A DNA stretch of 32,000 nucleotides from Delftia acidovorans NBRC 14950 (GTDB lineage: Bacteria > Pseudomonadota > Gammaproteobacteria > Burkholderiales > Burkholderiaceae_C): positions 74,796-106,795 of the forward strand of contig NZ_BCZP01000018.1 of NCBI RefSeq assembly GCF_001598795.1, written 5' to 3'. Under the pieces are notes generated by a model. It did no database searches. It worked only from the letters and a program-made list of their open reading frames with translations, and was not told the origin of the DNA. Shown in pieces: positions 7,342-15,191 of this stretch. Numbering within the stretch: the first letter of the stretch is position 1; each line of letters opens with the position of its first letter. Made by a program: the position numbers and the translations under genes.

Positions 7342-9501
7342 ATGACAGACCATCAAGCCGCCCGCAGGGCAAGGCTTTCAGCGGGTGTGACCGCTGGCAT
7401 CATCACCACCGCGCTGGCGGGCGCGGTCCATGCCCAGGAGGCCGCTCCAGCCGTTCCAGCCGATCCGGCCCAGGCACAGACGCAGACGCAGACGCAGCCT
7501 CAACAGGCCCACACCCTGCCCACGCTGCAGGTCAACGCCTCCCAGTACGACCCTGACGACGTGCGCCCCGAAGGCGTGACCACGGCGACCAAGACCTATC
7601 TGGCGCCCAAGGACATCCCGCAGACCATCGATACGCTGGAGGTCAACAAGTACAAGAGCTACGGCATCAACGACCTGGCCACCATGCTGGACGGCGTGCC
7701 GGGCGTGAACACCACCTACGACATGCGTGGCGAGGGCGTGTACATCCGCGGCTTCAAGGCCGACGAGAGCGACATCTACCGCGACGGCGTGCGCGAAAGC
7801 GGCCAGGTGCGCCGCAGCACGGCCAATGTGGAGCGCATCGAGATCCTCAAGGGACCGGCCTCCGTGCTCTACGGCCGCAGCGCGGGCGGCGGCGTGGTCA
7901 ACATGGTGAGCAAGCAGGCGCGCTTCGACGCCAAGAGCAGCATCACGCTGCGCGGCGGCTCCTGGGACAACGTGGGCGGCACCATCGACATCAACCGCGT
8001 GCTCAACGAGAACGTGGCCGTGCGCCTGACGGCCGACCGCGAGCAGGCCCACAGCTTCCGCGAAGGCATACGCAACCGCAACGAGATGGTCTCGCCCAGC
8101 ATCCTGGTGGACACCCGCACGGGATGGCGCTGGACCGGCCAGTACACCTATGACAACGTCTGGCGCGTGCCCGATCGCGGTCCGGTCTATGACCAGTTGC
8201 CAGCCGGCGTTTCCATCCGCAAGGGCTTCGCGGCGCCGGGCGACTACGTGGAAGATCGCCTGCGCGTGCTGCGCTCCGACCTGTCCTATGACTTCAACAA
8301 CCGCTGGAACCTGCGCTGGGTGGCCAGCAAGCGCGAGGCCAGCCAGGACTTCGACCACTATTTCGCCGGTACCTACCGCGCCGCCACCGGCAAGATCACG
8401 CCCAACTACGCTTGGCAGCAGACCCGCAACACCACGCTGTCCAACACGCTGGACCTGACGGGCAAGTTCAGCACGGGCAGCATCAAGCACGATCTGCTGG
8501 TGGGCCTGGAGGCCAGCGAGGAAGAGCGCGCGCCGCGCGTCGGCCAGCCCGGCAGCACCTTCTCCTACGATCCGTTCCAGCCCATCGTCTGGCCCAGCCG
8601 TCCGGTGCAGGGCAAGCCGACCCAGGACAACTATCACAAGGGCAAGGGCCAGGCGCTGTACATGCAGGACCTGGTCAGCCTGACCGAGCAGTGGAAGCTG
8701 CTGCTGGGCCTGCGCTACGACAGCTATGACTTCCAGAGCACCAACAAGATCGCCAATCTCACGCGCAAGACCGACGGCAACGGCTTCAGCCCGCGCGTGG
8801 GCGTGGTGTGGCAGCCGGTGCGTGAGCACAGCTTCTATGCGTCCTGGAACAAGAGCTACTCGCCCTATGGCGGCCGCGGCATCCTGACCGTGGAAACCGC
8901 CGTGGGCGCGGTGCCGGACGACGAGCCCCAGTACTCGCGCCAGTCCGAGGTCGGCGTCAAGAGCGACTGGCTCGGCGGTGCGCTGTCCACCCAGGTCTCC
9001 GTCTACCAGCTGGAGAAGTACAACATCCGCTACCGCCCCGATCCCGAGAACGATCCCTACACCTGGGCCATCCGGGGCAAGGACCGTTCGCGCGGCATCG
9101 AGTTCAGCGCGGCCGGCCGCGTGGCCAGTTCCTGGTATGTGCGAGGCGGCGTGGCCTTCATGGAGGCCAAGGTGGCTGAAGACGCGCAAAACCCCGCCAA
9201 CGTGGGCCTGTACCTGCGTGACACGGCCAAGCGCAACGGCAACCTGTTCCTGCGCTATGCGCCCAAGGGCCCCTGGTATGGCGAAGTCGGCGTGACCTAC
9301 ACGGGCAGCCGCTTCACCAACGCCGCCAACACGGCCCTCCTGCCCGGCTACACGCGCTGGGATGCGCTGGTGGGCTGGCGCCAGGACACCTGGACGGTGA
9401 CCGTGGCGCTGTCCAACCTGTTCGACAAGCAGTACTGGCGCTCCAGCTCCATGCCAGGCGCACCGCGCAGCGTTCTGGTCAGCGCCAACTACCAGTTCTG
9501 A
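7342..9501 (+). CDS. TonB-dependent siderophore receptor
   Basis: 719 aa. It has a signal peptide ending AVHAQE, a TonB-box-like TLPTLQVNAS and plug-domain motifs (IEILKGPASVLYGRSAGGGVVNMVSK). The barrel ends in the aromatic terminal motif VSANYQF. An in-frame (CAGACG)x3 repeat at 7477-7494 encodes QTQTQT. No adjacent FecI/FecR, tonB-exbBD or siderophore biosynthesis genes. Confidence 0.92.
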   Translation: MTDHQAARRARLSAGVTAGIITTALAGAVHAQEAAPAVPADPAQAQTQTQTQPQQAHTLPTLQVNASQYDPDDVRPEGVTTATKTYLAPKDIPQTIDTLEVNKYKSYGINDLATMLDGVPGVNTTYDMRGEGVYIRGFKADESDIYRDGVRESGQVRRSTANVERIEILKGPASVLYGRSAGGGVVNMVSKQARFDAKSSITLRGGSWDNVGGTIDINRVLNENVAVRLTADREQAHSFREGIRNRNEMVSPSILVDTRTGWRWTGQYTYDNVWRVPDRGPVYDQLPAGVSIRKGFAAPGDYVEDRLRVLRSDLSYDFNNRWNLRWVASKREASQDFDHYFAGTYRAATGKITPNYAWQQTRNTTLSNTLDLTGKFSTGSIKHDLLVGLEASEEERAPRVGQPGSTFSYDPFQPIVWPSRPVQGKPTQDNYHKGKGQALYMQDLVSLTEQWKLLLGLRYDSYDFQSTNKIANLTRKTDGNGFSPRVGVVWQPVREHSFYASWNKSYSPYGGRGILTVETAVGAVPDDEPQYSRQSEVGVKSDWLGGALSTQVSVYQLEKYNIRYRPDPENDPYTWAIRGKDRSRGIEFSAAGRVASSWYVRGGVAFMEAKVAEDAQNPANVGLYLRDTAKRNGNLFLRYAPKGPWYGEVGVTYTGSRFTNAANTALLPGYTRWDALVGWRQDTWTVTVALSNLFDKQYWRSSSMPGAPRSVLVSANYQF

Positions 9502-9549
9502 CGGCGGAGCCCGAGGCGCTGCGCTCCTTCCCGCTTTGCACGGTGTCCG

Positions 9550-11133
9550 TTGCACGCGGGAAGGGGCGCATCGCGCACAATACCGGCCGTGCAAACCTCA
9601 GCCCCTCTTGCCGGCGCGCAGCCGGCGCGTCCCATCGACATCGCCCTGCTGGTCAGCGTCTTCGTGATCGCGGCCTGCGGCCTGCTTTACGAACTGGCTG
9701 CGGGTGCGCTGGCTTCCTATCTGCTGGGCGATTCGGTCCTGCAGTTCTCCACCATCATCGGCAGCTACCTGTTCGCCATGGGCATCGGCTCATGGCTTTC
9801 GCGCTATTTCGAGGACCATCTGCCCGCGCACTTTCTGCGCATCGAGCTGATGGTGGCCCTGGTCGGCGGCGCGCTGCCGGCCACGCTGTTCATTGCCAAT
9901 GCCTACGCGCCCGGCGCGTTCCGCTTTCTGCTGTACGGCATGGTGCTGGTGGTGGGCACGCTGGTGGGGCTGGAGATTCCGCTGGTGATGCGCATCCTCA
10001 AGCGCAATGTGACGCTCAAGGACCTGGTGTCCCAGGTGCTGACCTTCGACTACCTGGGCGCGCTGGCCGTGTCGCTGGCATTTCCGCTGCTGCTGGTGCC
10101 CAAGCTGGGCCTGGTGCGCACGGGGCTGCTGTTCGGCTTCATGAATGCGGCGGTGGCGGTCTGGGCACTGCTGCTGTTTCGGCATGAGCTGCGGCGCCCG
10201 CGTGCCCATGCCCTGGCCTGCGCTGCCGTGCTGGCCTTGCTGGGCACGGGCATCTGGGGCGCCGACCATCTGACGCGCCTGGCCGACGACCATTTCTACC
10301 AGGACCGCATCGTGCTCTCCAGCAGCTCGCCCTACCAGCGCATCGTGGTGACGCAGGGGCGCCAGGGCGCGCGGCTGTACCTCAACGGCAACCTGCAGTT
10401 CGCCCAAAGCGACGAGTACCGCTACCACGAGGCCCTGGTCCACCCCGTGATGGCCGCGCATGGCGCGCCCAAGCGCGTGGCCGTGCTGGGCGGCGGCGAC
10501 GGCATGGCCGTGCGCGAGGTGCTCAAGTACCCCTCGGTGGAGTCGGTCACCCTGGTGGAGCTGGACCCGGCCATGACCGACCTGTTCAAGGACAACGCCA
10601 TGCTGCGCCGGCTCAACGGCGAAGCGCTCAGCGATGCGCGCGTGCACATCCTCAATACCGATGCCTTCCACTGGCTGCAGCAGGGCGGCGATACCTTCGA
10701 CGTGGTCATCGTCGATTTCCCCGACCCGACCAATTTCGCCATCGGCAAGCTGTTCACCAACAGCTTCTATGCCTTGCTGGACAAGCGCCTGGCGGCCAGC
10801 GGCTACGCCGTGGTGCAGACCACCTCGCCCCTGATCGCACGCAAGAGCTACTGGACCGTGGTGCAGACCATCGAATCCATCGGCCTGCAGGCCACGCCCT
10901 ACCACGCCCATGTGCCCAGTTTTGGCGAATGGGGCTTCGTCATCGCCAGCCACCGGCCTTGGCGCGAGCCCGATGCCCTGCCTGCGGGCCTGCGCTTTCT
11001 GAGCGCGCAGACCATGGCGCTGATGTTCGACTTCCCGCTGGACATGGCGCGTGTGCCGGCCGAGGTCAACCGCCTGTCGAACCAGGTGCTGGTCAACACC
11101 TACGAGCGCGAATGGGGCAGGGTGGAGCGTTGA
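9550..11133 (+). CDS. Polyamine aminopropyltransferase (spermidine synthase-like) fused to an N-terminal ~7-TM domain
   Basis: The C-terminal half carries SpeE motifs: YQRIVV, LYLNG..Q..DEYRYHE, VLGGGDGMAVREV and VDFPDPTNFAIGKLFT. The N-terminal ~235 aa hold about seven hydrophobic helices. The start is uncertain (TTG 9550 or GTG 9589). Confidence 0.85.
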   Translation: MHAGRGASRTIPAVQTSAPLAGAQPARPIDIALLVSVFVIAACGLLYELAAGALASYLLGDSVLQFSTIIGSYLFAMGIGSWLSRYFEDHLPAHFLRIELMVALVGGALPATLFIANAYAPGAFRFLLYGMVLVVGTLVGLEIPLVMRILKRNVTLKDLVSQVLTFDYLGALAVSLAFPLLLVPKLGLVRTGLLFGFMNAAVAVWALLLFRHELRRPRAHALACAAVLALLGTGIWGADHLTRLADDHFYQDRIVLSSSSPYQRIVVTQGRQGARLYLNGNLQFAQSDEYRYHEALVHPVMAAHGAPKRVAVLGGGDGMAVREVLKYPSVESVTLVELDPAMTDLFKDNAMLRRLNGEALSDARVHILNTDAFHWLQQGGDTFDVVIVDFPDPTNFAIGKLFTNSFYALLDKRLAASGYAVVQTTSPLIARKSYWTVVQTIESIGLQATPYHAHVPSFGEWGFVIASHRPWREPDALPAGLRFLSAQTMALMFDFPLDMARVPAEVNRLSNQVLVNTYEREWGRVER

Positions 11134-12866
11134 GCACCGGCCTCTCGCCCCTGTGGAGCCGGCGCCAATGGCTGCAGGGCCTGGCCGGCGGCGCGGCCCT
11201 GGGCCTGTCCGGCTGCACGCCAACGCCACCGCGGCTTGAGAACCTGCCCGGCGGATTCAGCGGCGTGGCGCTGGAGCGCGGCCATGCCTTGCGCGCTTTC
11301 TGGCAGCGCCTGGGCCAGGGCCTGGCGCTGCCGGCGCCGGCCGTGGTGCACCGTGCCAAGGTGGTGATTGCCGGCGGCGGCATGGCAGGCCTGGCCGCCG
11401 CGCGCGCACTGGAGCTGGCGGGTGTGCAGGGCGTGGCCCTGCTGGACACGCAGCAGGCCATGGGCGGCAACAGCCAGGGCGGCAGCATTGCGGGCCTGCC
11501 CTGTCCGCTGGGTGCCCACTATCTGCCCCTGCCCAGCGACGATGCGGCCGAGGTGCAGGACTGGCTGGAGGCCCTGGGCCTGCGCCAGCGCCGCGCGGGC
11601 CGCTGGCAGTACGACGAGCGCCATCTGTGCCACAGCCCGCAGGAGCGCCTGTTCTGGCAGGGCGCCTGGCATGAGGGCCTGCTGCCCGTCGATGGCGTGG
11701 CGCCGCGCACGCTGGAGCAGTACGAACTCTTTGCGCGCAGCGTGGCCCAGGAGATGGACAGGGCGGCCTTTGCCATGCCGTCCATCCGTGTCTGGCAGCG
11801 CGAGGGCCGGCTGCCCGCCGCCCATGCCGCGCTGGACGGCCAGACCATGCAGGCCTGGCTGACCAGCCAGGGCATCGATGATGCGCAGCTGATCTGGTAT
11901 CTGGAGTACTGCTGCCGCGACGACTTTGGCGCGGGCCTGGCGCGCGTATCGGCCTGGGCAGGCATTCACTATTTCGCCAGCCGCCATGGCTTCTCGGCCC
12001 CGCGCCGCCAGGACGAGCGCACGGCCGAAGACGCCGGCGACGCCGTGCTGACCTGGCCCCAGGGCAATGGCTGGCTGTCGCAGCAGCTGGTGGCAGGGCT
12101 GGGCTCCACCGACCTGCAGACGGATTGCAGCGTGCTATCCATCGCCGAAGGTGCCGACGGTGTGGAGATCGACGTCTACCACCATGGCCGCCAGCAGCAC
12201 GAGCGCTGGCTGGCCGCGCGCTGCGTCGTGGCCCTGCCCAGCTTCATCGCGGCACGCGTGGTACGCGATGCGCCGGATTTCCTGCGCGCGGTGGCGGGCC
12301 GGCTGGACTGGGCGCCCTGGCTGGTGGCCAACATCCATCTGCAGCGGCCGCTGGCCGACCGGCCCGGCGCCGATCCGGCCTGGGACAACGTGCTGTTTGC
12401 CGATCCGAATGCGGGCGGTCTGGGCTACGTGGACGCGGGCCACCAGGGCCTGGACCGGCTCACGCCCCGTCCCACGGTGCTCAGTTACTACCAGGCGCTG
12501 GGCGACTGGCCTGACGGGCGCGCGCAACTGCTGGGCCAGCCCTTCGGCTTCTGGCGGGACCGCATCGTCGGCAGCCTGCTCGTCCCCCATCCCGACCTGC
12601 TGCACAAGGCCACGCGCATGGAGATCACGCGCTACGGCCACGCCATGGCCATTCCCCGGCCTGGCGACCAGCAACTGCTCAGCCAGGTGGCGCTGCAGTC
12701 GCACCACCGGGGCCGCAGCGCGCAGTGCGCCGGCGAGCGCGTGGCCCTGCTGCCCACGCCGGGCACGAGACGCCTGTGGTTCGCGCATTCCGACTGGGCC
12801 GGCTACTCGGTACTGGAGGAGGCCTTCACGCGCGGCCACCATGCGGGCCTGTGGGCTGGCGCCTGA
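11112..12866 (+). CDS. FAD/NAD(P)-binding oxidoreductase (amine-oxidase-like) with a Tat signal and lipobox
   Basis: The N-terminus is MGQGGALSTGLSPLWSRRQWLQGLAGGAALGLSGC, combining a twin-arginine motif with an L-S-G-C lipobox. A Rossmann dinucleotide motif follows (VVIAGGGMAGLAAARALELAG). The start overlaps the SpeE-like stop at 11131-11133: either ATG 11112 or TTG 11130, the latter in a TTGA overlap. Confidence 0.8.
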   Translation: MGQGGALSTGLSPLWSRRQWLQGLAGGAALGLSGCTPTPPRLENLPGGFSGVALERGHALRAFWQRLGQGLALPAPAVVHRAKVVIAGGGMAGLAAARALELAGVQGVALLDTQQAMGGNSQGGSIAGLPCPLGAHYLPLPSDDAAEVQDWLEALGLRQRRAGRWQYDERHLCHSPQERLFWQGAWHEGLLPVDGVAPRTLEQYELFARSVAQEMDRAAFAMPSIRVWQREGRLPAAHAALDGQTMQAWLTSQGIDDAQLIWYLEYCCRDDFGAGLARVSAWAGIHYFASRHGFSAPRRQDERTAEDAGDAVLTWPQGNGWLSQQLVAGLGSTDLQTDCSVLSIAEGADGVEIDVYHHGRQQHERWLAARCVVALPSFIAARVVRDAPDFLRAVAGRLDWAPWLVANIHLQRPLADRPGADPAWDNVLFADPNAGGLGYVDAGHQGLDRLTPRPTVLSYYQALGDWPDGRAQLLGQPFGFWRDRIVGSLLVPHPDLLHKATRMEITRYGHAMAIPRPGDQQLLSQVALQSHHRGRSAQCAGERVALLPTPGTRRLWFAHSDWAGYSVLEEAFTRGHHAGLWAGA

Positions 12867-12984
12867 TCTCCATACCGACCTCTTTCGTGGATTCCTGATC
12901 GCCGGGCAAGCTGCTGCCGGTTCGTCGCTGGCCGCGTCCGCCAGCGGGTTTGCCCTTGTCCGTGTGCCGTAGATGCCTGGCTAT

Positions 12985-13023
12985 AGTTCTATTTGATAGA
13001 TCTTGATTCTGTTGGATAGAACT
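12985..13023. promoter_or_regulatory. Inverted repeat AGTTCTAT-N23-ATAGAACT in the AT-rich region upstream of the amidohydrolase gene
   Basis: AGTTCTAT (12985-12992) is the reverse complement of ATAGAACT (13016-13023). The repeat encloses TTGATA and TAGAAC hexamers with about 18-bp spacing, a possible sigma-70 promoter. Confidence 0.3.
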
Positions 13024-13045
13024 TTGAAAAGGGTACGAAACGCAC

Positions 13046-14092
13046 ATGGGCAACTATCTACCGGTGAGGCCGGATTGGCTGGGCCTGCACGAGGAGGAGA
13101 TCCTTGAGCCATCGCTGGCCATCGTCGATGCCCACCACCATTTCTACGATCGACCGGGCTGGCGCTACCTGGCGGACGAGTACCTGGCCGACGCGGGCTC
13201 GGGCCACAGGGTCCGTGCCTCGGTCTACATGCAGGCGCTGACGCGCTACCGCACTGCCGGCCCGCAGGCGATGCAGCCGGTGGGCGAGACCGAGTTCGTG
13301 GTGCAGGCGGCGGAGGGCGTGCAGGACGTGCAAGAGCACAGGCAAGGCCATGCGGCCTGTGCCCTTGCGCAGGGCATCGTCGGATATGCGGACCTGCGCG
13401 CCGGTGCGGCGGTGCGCGAGGTGTTGCTGGCCCATCTGGAGGCCGGCAAGGGGCGCTTTCGTGGCATCCGGCACCTGGTGACCTGGGACGCGGACAGTTC
13501 CCTGGTCAATCCCCTGACCGCCGCGCCGCAGGGCCTGCTGCTGGACCGGTCCTACCGGCAGGGCGTGGCGCAGTTGGCGCCGTTGGGGCTTTCCTTCGAT
13601 GCCTGGCTGCTTTTTCCGCAGCTGCCGGAGCTGCTGGACCTGGCACTGGCCTTTCCGCAGACGGCCGTGATCATCAACCACTGCGGGGGCGTGGCGCGCA
13701 TCGGCGCCTATGAAGGCCGGCATGCCGAGGTGTTCGAGCGCTGGAAGACCTCCATGCAGGCCCTGGCCCGGCTGCCCAATGTGTACGTGAAGCTCGGCGG
13801 GCTGGGCATGCGCATCAACGGATTCGGCTTCGAGAAAGCGGACAGGCCTGCGGCCTCGGAGCAACTGGCTGCGGCCTGGAGACCGTGGATGGAGACCTGC
13901 ATCGAGGCATTCGGCGCCGACCGCTGCATGTTCGAGAGCAATTTCCCGGTGGACAAGGGCTCCTTCAGCTACGCCACCTGCTGGAACGCCTTCAAGCGGC
14001 TGGCGGCGGGCGCAAGTGCCGCCGAGCGCCAGGCCCTTTTCGAAGGAACGGCAAGCCGCGTGTACCGGCTGGGCCAGGCGCAGCGCGAATGA
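13046..14092 (+). CDS. Amidohydrolase-2 family metal-dependent hydrolase (LigI/sugar-lactonase-like TIM barrel)
   Basis: IVDAHHHFYD at the N-terminus, an internal IINHCGG and a C-terminal CMFESNFPVDK match the PF04909/COG3618-type pattern. Confidence 0.82.
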   Translation: MGNYLPVRPDWLGLHEEEILEPSLAIVDAHHHFYDRPGWRYLADEYLADAGSGHRVRASVYMQALTRYRTAGPQAMQPVGETEFVVQAAEGVQDVQEHRQGHAACALAQGIVGYADLRAGAAVREVLLAHLEAGKGRFRGIRHLVTWDADSSLVNPLTAAPQGLLLDRSYRQGVAQLAPLGLSFDAWLLFPQLPELLDLALAFPQTAVIINHCGGVARIGAYEGRHAEVFERWKTSMQALARLPNVYVKLGGLGMRINGFGFEKADRPAASEQLAAAWRPWMETCIEAFGADRCMFESNFPVDKGSFSYATCWNAFKRLAAGASAAERQALFEGTASRVYRLGQAQRE

Positions 14093-14184
14093 CGCTGCGT
14101 CACAGGAGCCATCTGCCTCGCCTGCCCCATCGATCCCATCTCACCCGACTTATTCGTCCAAGCCATCATTCCAAGGAGACCGCC

Positions 14185-15153
14185 ATGCCATCCCTCATCT
14201 CTCGTCGCGCCATGCTGGCGCTGGCCGGCACAGCCTGCCTAGCCCCCGCCTGGGCGGCGGCCCAGGGCAAGCCCGTGACCATCATCGTGCCGTATGCGCC
14301 GGGCGGCAGCGCCGATCTGGTGACGCGCGTGATCGCGCAGTTCGCCGCGCCGGGACTGGGCTCTGCCTTGGTGGTGGACAACCGCACCGGCGGTGGCGGC
14401 GTGGTGGGCTGGAGCGCGGCCGCGCGTGCCGCGCCCGACGGCCAGACGCTGCTGACCGTGGAGCTGTCCTATGCCATTGCAGCCGGCCTGATGCCGAACC
14501 TGCCCTTCGATCCGCGCAAGGCGTTCACCCAGGTCACCACGGTGGTGAAGGTGCCCCATGTGCTGGTGGTCAACCCCCAGGTGCAGGCGCGCAGCGTGGG
14601 CGAGTTCATTGCGCTGGCCAGGGCGCAGCCCGGCAAGCTCAACTACGGCTCTGGCGGCAACGGCACCAACACCCACCTGGCCGGCGAGCTGTTCAAAAGC
14701 GCAACGGGCGCCGACCTGGTCCATGTGCCGTACAAGGGCGCGGGCGCCGTGCTGGCCGACCTGATGGGCAACCAGGTGCAGGCCCTGATCACCTCGGTCC
14801 CCACGGCGCTGCCCTACATCCGAAGCGGCAAGCTCAGGGCACTGATGGTGACGGGCTCGGAGCGCAATGTAACGCTGCCTGATGTGCCTTGTGCCAAAGA
14901 GGCCGGCATCCCCGCCATGGACATCGACTACTGGATTGGCATAGGCGCCCCGGCCGGCACGCCTGCGGCCGCCGTTGCCCGGTTGAACAAGGAATTCAAC
15001 GCGGCACTGGCCCAGCCGCAGGCCAGCCGGAAGATGGCGGAGATGGGGCTGTCCGTGGTGGCGAACACGCCCGAGCAGGCCACGCAATGGGTGCAGAACG
15101 AGATACAGCGCTGGAGCGCCGTGATCCGGCAGGCGGGCATCAAGGCCGATTGA
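14185..15153 (+). CDS. Tripartite tricarboxylate transporter substrate-binding protein (Bug/TctC family)
   Basis: AAGGAGA lies 6 nt before ATG 14185. The product has a signal peptide (MPSLISRRAMLALAGTACLAPAWAAAQ) and the Bug-family signatures PVTIIVPYAPGGSADLVTR, NRTGGGG, LNYGSGGNGTNTHL and VPYKGAG. No tctA or tctB genes are nearby, so this is an orphan Bug. Confidence 0.9.
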   Translation: MPSLISRRAMLALAGTACLAPAWAAAQGKPVTIIVPYAPGGSADLVTRVIAQFAAPGLGSALVVDNRTGGGGVVGWSAAARAAPDGQTLLTVELSYAIAAGLMPNLPFDPRKAFTQVTTVVKVPHVLVVNPQVQARSVGEFIALARAQPGKLNYGSGGNGTNTHLAGELFKSATGADLVHVPYKGAGAVLADLMGNQVQALITSVPTALPYIRSGKLRALMVTGSERNVTLPDVPCAKEAGIPAMDIDYWIGIGAPAGTPAAAVARLNKEFNAALAQPQASRKMAEMGLSVVANTPEQATQWVQNEIQRWSAVIRQAGIKAD

Positions 15154-15191
15154 CGACCGATTTAAGGCCGATGGCCGGCCTGCAGGACGCG

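Noticed and set aside
7153-9549. The idea that the TonB-dependent receptor is a recent horizontally acquired insertion splitting a DUF4178-DUF350-SpeE-oxidase operon.
   Set aside because: There are no flanking direct repeats, integrase, transposase or tRNA. The receptor's base composition and codon style look the same as its neighbours. Whether the receptor is absent in orthologous clusters needs comparative genomics, so the insertion idea is kept only as a question inside finding 1.
10929-11111. Upstream extension of the FAD-oxidoreductase ORF, overlapping about 200 nt of the SpeE-like gene.
   Set aside because: It overlaps the conserved C-terminus of the SpeE-like protein in another frame. 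The Tat signal peptide only makes sense if it sits at the N-terminus, with a start at 11112 or 11130.
13885-14184. 100-aa upstream extension of the Bug-family ORF, overlapping the amidohydrolase 3' end. Analogous extensions occur at 23772-24203 (glycine-zipper ORF), 24277-24534 (yffB ORF), 17407-17502 (yajQ ORF) and 28937-29080 (metZ ORF).
   Set aside because: The internal starts have good SD sequences and/or begin with a signal peptide or the conserved N-terminus. The extensions overlap other genes or, for metZ, start inside the purF terminator hairpin.
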